Shown here in pieces: positions 39,102 through 44,727 of a DNA stretch of 44,727 nt (positions are counted from its first letter, which is position 1; each line of letters starts with the position of its first letter). This DNA is from Vitrella brassicaformis CCMP3155. Its lineage: Eukaryota; Protista; Chromerida. Location: contig CDMY01000602.1 in the NCBI GenBank assembly GCA_001179505.1, positions 1 through 44,727 of the forward strand, read 5' to 3'. A program made the translations under genes and the position numbers. A model generated the notes under the pieces. That model saw only the letters and a list, made by a program, of their open reading frames with translations. It did no database searches and was not told the origin of the DNA.

Positions 39102-41054
39102 CCATCCGGACACCCGGCCGCGTGTGTGGGTGTGTGTGTGGGTGTGAGGTATTTGTTGCACTGTTGGGTGTGGCTGATCCATTGGATGTGCACGGGGAGG
39201 GCGTTTTAGATGAGATGGATGTGTGGAGGTTTTACATGTGTGCATGGGTGTGAATGTGTGTGCGTGTTGGCAGATACAGACTCACAGACATACTGACGAC
39301 CTATGTAGCATTCAGACAATATGAATATAGGCCGACAGAGAATACATTGACTGAGTTATCTGTCGGCGAATCTGTCTGTACGGCACGAGCCCGTCCATCA
39401 TGCACCCTTTCATCCACTCCTTCACATGCACACACATCAGGGATGCTTTGCTATCACATCCCGCCCTGCATGCACCATTCTCTCCCTCTCCCTCCCTACC
39501 ATGCTCCATCTTTCAATGTGAGCAGGCAGTCCACACATCACACACAGCCACAGCGACAAAGAGACCATTTGAGCAAACACACGTGTGCTCATTCACACCC
39601 CTCCACCCAACACACGCCTTGGCCTGACAGTGGATGCCTTGCCTGTCGGCAATCGATGTCACTCACTAACAGCCCGACTGCCGACACCTCAGTGGCGACC
39701 TGACACACACAAAAATGCGCTCAAGAAGGGCCCACAGCACACAGGGCACTCATGCAGTGGCCTGATGGATGGCATGGCAGAGGTCACGTGGTGGTGCCCA
39801 GTGGCACCAGAGTGGTTGGCTGTTGTGTTGTGTTGGTCGGCTGATTGGAGGGGTCGCGAGACTCGTCAGGGGAGCGGCTCACCGACATCGCCATCCCTTC
39901 CTCTCTCTCCCTTGCCCATCAGTGGTCGCGGGGGGACTTCTTGGCGGCCGTGGGCGATGACCAGCTGAGAGTGAGCTGCATAATTCCGCGGCTGCCTGTC
40001 GCCTTGGCAATGCCGGCAGTCTGCATCAACGGCAAGTACACACACACTGACATGAGCACTGTTTGGTCTCATGCATTCTTTCATGTCGGCTGCCGTGCTG
40101 TGTGTACCTTCATGGTGCGGTGTAGCCGAGAGAGAGGGGGAGGTCACCACCTCGTGTGGGGTGGCGGTGCAGGTCCTGGGCTTCGTTTATAGTGAGGGCA
40201 TCGCTGGCGAACGGACCGCTTCACCAGCTCCCGCACTGTGCCGTCCGGTTACTCGCACTCGCGCACTTTCATCGGACCGGTCAGACCCCCCAGAGGGAGT
40301 GGCCTGTGACTGGGCGGGCTCTGATCACCGCAGTCGTCTCGTGCGTCTGACCTCACAGGTCGGGAGGGCAGGCGAAGAGGGTCAGGATGCCATCCGGTGG
40401 CATCTGGTGCCCCCCTCTCACCTAACGCTCCATGTAGTCGGGTCAGAATCACACGAGTTCTCTTCAACGCACTCGGCAACGAGTGCCCAAGGATCGTTTC
40501 ACGGAATTGCGAGCTGTGCGCGAAAGGATCGACAAGTGACGCCAAATATTCATTACAGGAGGCCGAAATGCAGCTCTGCAGCGGCCGACTGAGGAGAGGT
40601 CGTCATCCCATGAATGGGCCACTTTGCCGCACTGCCTTCTCCCCTCTCCGCAGCATGATCGGCTTCATGCGTCACCCTGGGGCTATCCCGCTGGCCATCA
40701 TTGTGTACGGCTCTCCCGCAGCTGCATTCATTCAGCAGGCCGCCGCCATCGATTGCGATCTGCTGCAGTCAGCCAATGGGTCTCTGCACCGACAGAGACT
40801 GCCAAGTGGCAGCAGGGAGGGATCTGAGGCATGAAAAGACATGCCATTCCCTCTCTAAATGAGGTGGGCGGATGTGCTCTTTGGTCTGGCCTCTGGCGAT
40901 GATGTTGATGCTGTCCGCCCCTCGCGGCTTCCACTGTCGGTCTGTCTGTCTGTCTGTCTGTCTGTTTGTGGTGCTTGCAGTGGGCACGCACTGCCAGAAG
41001 CGAAGCAAGCCGCCGCCTCCCCGACGGCCATCGTCCTGAGCAGGAAGATGAAAT

Positions 41055-41230
41055 ATTGGTCGCTACCTCTACCTCATTGCCTTGGCGGTGCTGGTGCGAC
41101 GAGGGCTGGTGAATGGACACAAGGAGAGACGTCGGTGGACAAAGGCAGCAGGAGGAAAAGACCCACGGGGAAAGAGTATTTGGTACATGCACATGCGGCT
41201 GATGGCGGGGTGGGGATGCTGCATGTCTCA
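41055..41230 (+). pseudogene. C-terminal fragment of the PD-(D/E)XK-like family (twin of 23640-23830)
   Basis: GRYLYLIALAVLVRRGLVNGHKERR, then a shift, EYLVHAHAADGGVGMLH. Confidence 0.75.
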
Positions 41231-42474
41231 AAAGAGCGACCAGACGCAGGTCGCCTTGGGCCGCTCCACTGGCCCAGGCCGACAGATAAATGCGATGGTG
41301 ATGATTGCGAGGAATGACGGTGGTGCAGACGGAGGGAGAATCGGGAGGGCAGAGAAGCATCTGGGTCCACCATGAGATGAGATGAGATGAGATGAGATGA
41401 GGGGAGGGGATGGGATGGACCGCTGGGTCGGAGTTCACCTGCCTGTACTCTTCTGCACTTTTCATTTTCGTTGATATGTGTGTGGTGTGGCCGGCCATAG
41501 GTGTCCGTCCGCCCACAGCTTAGACATAATCGCACGAGTGACTGACTTCGTTGCCGTGAATGAGTGGGACAGACACAGAATTAAGGGAAAGGTGCTGCCG
41601 GTCAGGCAAATGTCAGTTCACTCACACAGATAGGCAGACAAACTCCACCACACACACAGCCATCGAGAGAAAGGAGCATTGGCCAGTGAGTCAGCCAGGC
41701 AGCCACACATCACATCAGAATCGGCGAGCATCGGAGAGCGCGAGATGCACTCACGCACAGCCACACCCACAGGCAGCCAGCCAGCCATGAGGACGGGCAG
41801 ATACATATCCACACAGGCAGACGGAGGGAGGGAGGGAGGGAGGGATTGTTACACAGAGGGACGCACGGGCAAAAGACGAAGTCATAGCCCGACTGACGCA
41901 TGCATCAGAGGCATGGAACTCCTCACCACACATCACAGCCAAGCCAGCCATTCGGTCACATATCAGCAGCTGGTCTGTCTGTCGACAGACCGAGTGGTGT
42001 AATCGTCTTGCACCGACACAGATCACTACCGAGATGACGACAGCCGGCACCCAACATATACCCTTCTGATGACACACACACACGCACACCAGTCAGGGCA
42101 ACATTCAAGTGAATGACAGAGGGACGTCCGTCGCTGCGCACCTACCAGTGTTGATGGATGGATGGATGGATCGATCGATCGATCAGCCGCCGCTCTCCGC
42201 CTCAGCTACGGCATCCTCACCTGCCGAGTGCACCACACATACACAGACATGGATTTGATGGCCTCTGTGGTGTGGTGTGTGTGGCTGTGTACCTCCGTCG
42301 CCCTCTCCGCTGCCGTCATCCACATCGTCACCCTCATCGCCATTCTCATCGTCGGAATCTGCAGACCACACAGACACAGAGAAGGCACGTCTTCCATCCA
42401 TCCATCCATGTGTGTGTGCGTCTGTCAGTACCATCGTCGCCATCGTCATCATCCTGCTGCTGCTGCTGCTATTG

Positions 42475-43851
42475 TTATACTTGTCCGTCTAAGACGTATG
42501 GCGCCACCGCCCCCAACGCCACACGACCCAGCTGAGTGGTCAACGGGAAGCGGTGCTTGAAGGCACCACTACCACACACAGCCGCCTCAGTCGTGTAGAC
42601 ACTAACCCAGACTGCACACAAGGGGACGGAGAACACTGATGACATTGACATGCAGAGCTCCCTCTCTGTGACTTTGACCGGTGTTGTTCGCTTATCTGGT
42701 GATGCAAATCCATGCGACGAAGGGATGACTGCTGTTGGTCAGCACCAGCCGTCGCTCATCACCGTGCAGCCCGAGTGTCGTGGTGCAGCCGGCCACTGGT
42801 GTATGGGGCGACTCGGTCAGCAGGTCATTCAGACGGCCGCCACCGACGTACCTGAACCGACCACAGGCGCACACACAGTCAACAGCGCATCTCTGTCAGC
42901 TTTAGTGCCATTGATGTGTTCTCACCTGTTGAGTGCGATCGACATCTCATTGGTCTGGTGAGTCTCGCCGAAGTGGGTGAGGACCATGTACTTGGCCAAC
43001 GACGACAGTGACGCGTCGGTGAACGGGCCATCACCGGTCGACGACCATCCACTGTCCTCGGGCGAGTAGAGGATGCTGCTGCGCACCGGTGGGTCGTGTG
43101 GCTGTCGGTGCTGCAGGAACAGGTGGTTGGCAGGGAGGGGCGGGTCGACCTCCAGCCGGAAGCCGGGCTCGTCTTTGATGGCCCGCACCTCACCATTGTG
43201 CTGGAACAGCTGGAGGCAGCTGCCGACACCGAAGTGGATGTGGTGGCCGACCATCTTGAGCTGCGCCAACACACGGGGAGCCGACACATACGCCTACACA
43301 CACGACCACACACACACAGACAGCGAGAATGAGGCCCTCTCCCTCCCCTCCCCGCCCCTCTCTTTGCTGGCTCACCGTTTTTTTGTGTGTGTGTTGATGT
43401 CATCGGCTGTGAGGATGACAGGCAGGTCACAGCTGCCGCACTGCCCCGCCAGCTCAATCACCACGCCGATCTCCACCCAGCCCCCCTCCTCCACCACACA
43501 CACAGCCGCCAGCAGATCATGTGTGCCGAACTGGTCGTCGTCGAACCGCAGCAGCTGCACTTGCTGCCCATTCACCGCCCGCCGCAGCCCCGCCTGTGAG
43601 CCCAGCGAGTGGCAGAGCCGATCTCTCAGCTGTGCCGCTCCGAAGAGCTCTCTGATCCACGTGCAGGTGGCCCTCAGCCGCAGGATGTCCTTGATGCTGC
43701 TGAAGAGGTAGAAGGTGCGGCGGCCGACGAAGATATACGAGAAGGGGTGCTGCTGCTGCTGCTGCTCTGGTGGCTGCATCTGGGTGGCTATGATGTGCTC
43801 GACGACAGCCTGCACAGATCGACAGAGCCGACAGAGGATCGTGTGCATCAA
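42475..43851 (-). pseudogene. Disrupted copy of the lineage-specific family gene
   Basis: Same exons as 20709-22517, but exon 1 ends 1 nt short in an A-run (phase shift) and exon 3 has a premature TAA (WICITR*, 42692). Confidence 0.7.
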
Positions 43852-44727
43852 GCATGCTGCTCATTGATCTGTGTGCTGCTCACCTCGTTCGATGCTCAGA
43901 GGGACAGATCAGCAGGCAGAGAACTGAATGCACCACCACCACCACCAGCAGCAGCAGCAGCAGCGGCAGATGAGGAGGCCGCCATCACTCCTCAACGACA
44001 CGCCTGCTGCGATGGGCCGACAGACAGAGAGAGAGATGCCGACAGAAAAGGACGGCGAACGCATTGAGGCCAATGGATCAGTGAGCGCCTCAGTGAGTCA
44101 GTCAGTGAGTGGTCGGCCTCCCTCACCTCTGTTTGGCTGTCAGCTCAAATGGCCCGCCATCTCACCGCAGCAGCCGAGAGGGACGACTGACTCGAGTGAT
44201 TCCTCTCGCCCTCTTGTCGGCCGAGTGCGGCACTCTCGCAAACGCACAGCTATCCGACAAGGCGGACAAAAAAATGGCCTCCCTCTCTCTCGTGGGGTTA
44301 AAGGGTAATAAACCCTTTGACCTGACCCGTCTCCTCGTCAAGCCCCCAGGCCCATTGACCCTTTGACCCCCTGCTTTCGTGTAGACATCCGGCCGTGCGG
44401 CCACGTGTGTGCGTGTTGTGTTGAGGTATTTGTTGGACTATTGGGTGCAGTGTTTGGGTGTGCGTGTGCGTGTGGCGGCATATACAGACAGACAGACAGA
44501 GAGACCCGTGTATGCATACATTTGTGCCGGAAGCGAGAGTGCACTCATTGATTGATTCATCGATTCATCTGTCTACCTGAGAGTCAGCCCGTCCATCAGT
44601 CAAGCACACCGACACCCACTCCCGCCCACCCACCCTCCCTACCACAGATACCCCCCATGATTGAGTTGGTGATTTCTCGGCTGTTTCTCCTCCTTTTCGG
44701 ATGAGCGAGCGTGTATCGGACTACACC

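Larger units (their letters stand above)
39625..44323 (-). repeat. Right arm of ~5 kb inverted duplication
   Basis: Reverse-complement match to 20250-25278. Confidence 0.9.

Overview
Intron-dense eukaryotic genomic DNA, most consistent with a chromerid alveolate such as Vitrella brassicaformis. This is inferred from the short microsatellite-filled introns, a plastid-type KARI leader and lineage-typical gene families. Supported genes: Uso1/p115 tether (+), a SET/LSMT-type methyltransferase (-), a lineage-specific family gene (+) with an inverted pseudogenic twin, a divergent eEF2 (-), a transmembrane thioredoxin (-) and a plastid-targeted class II ketol-acid reductoisomerase (+). Two intronless PD-(D/E)XK-like genes have mitochondrial-type presequences; one is interrupted by an in-frame TGA, and two further fragments of this family are present. 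A ~5 kb inverted duplication (20250-25278 / 39625-44323) brackets a 14 kb block. A ~7 kb tract (9590-16900) holds minus-strand pseudogene fragments (ubiquitin-like, TLDc, DEDDh). The most striking pattern is that many introns carry 5' (CA)n and 3' (TG)n repeats that are complementary to each other. All exon joins and family calls were made by eye without database searches.
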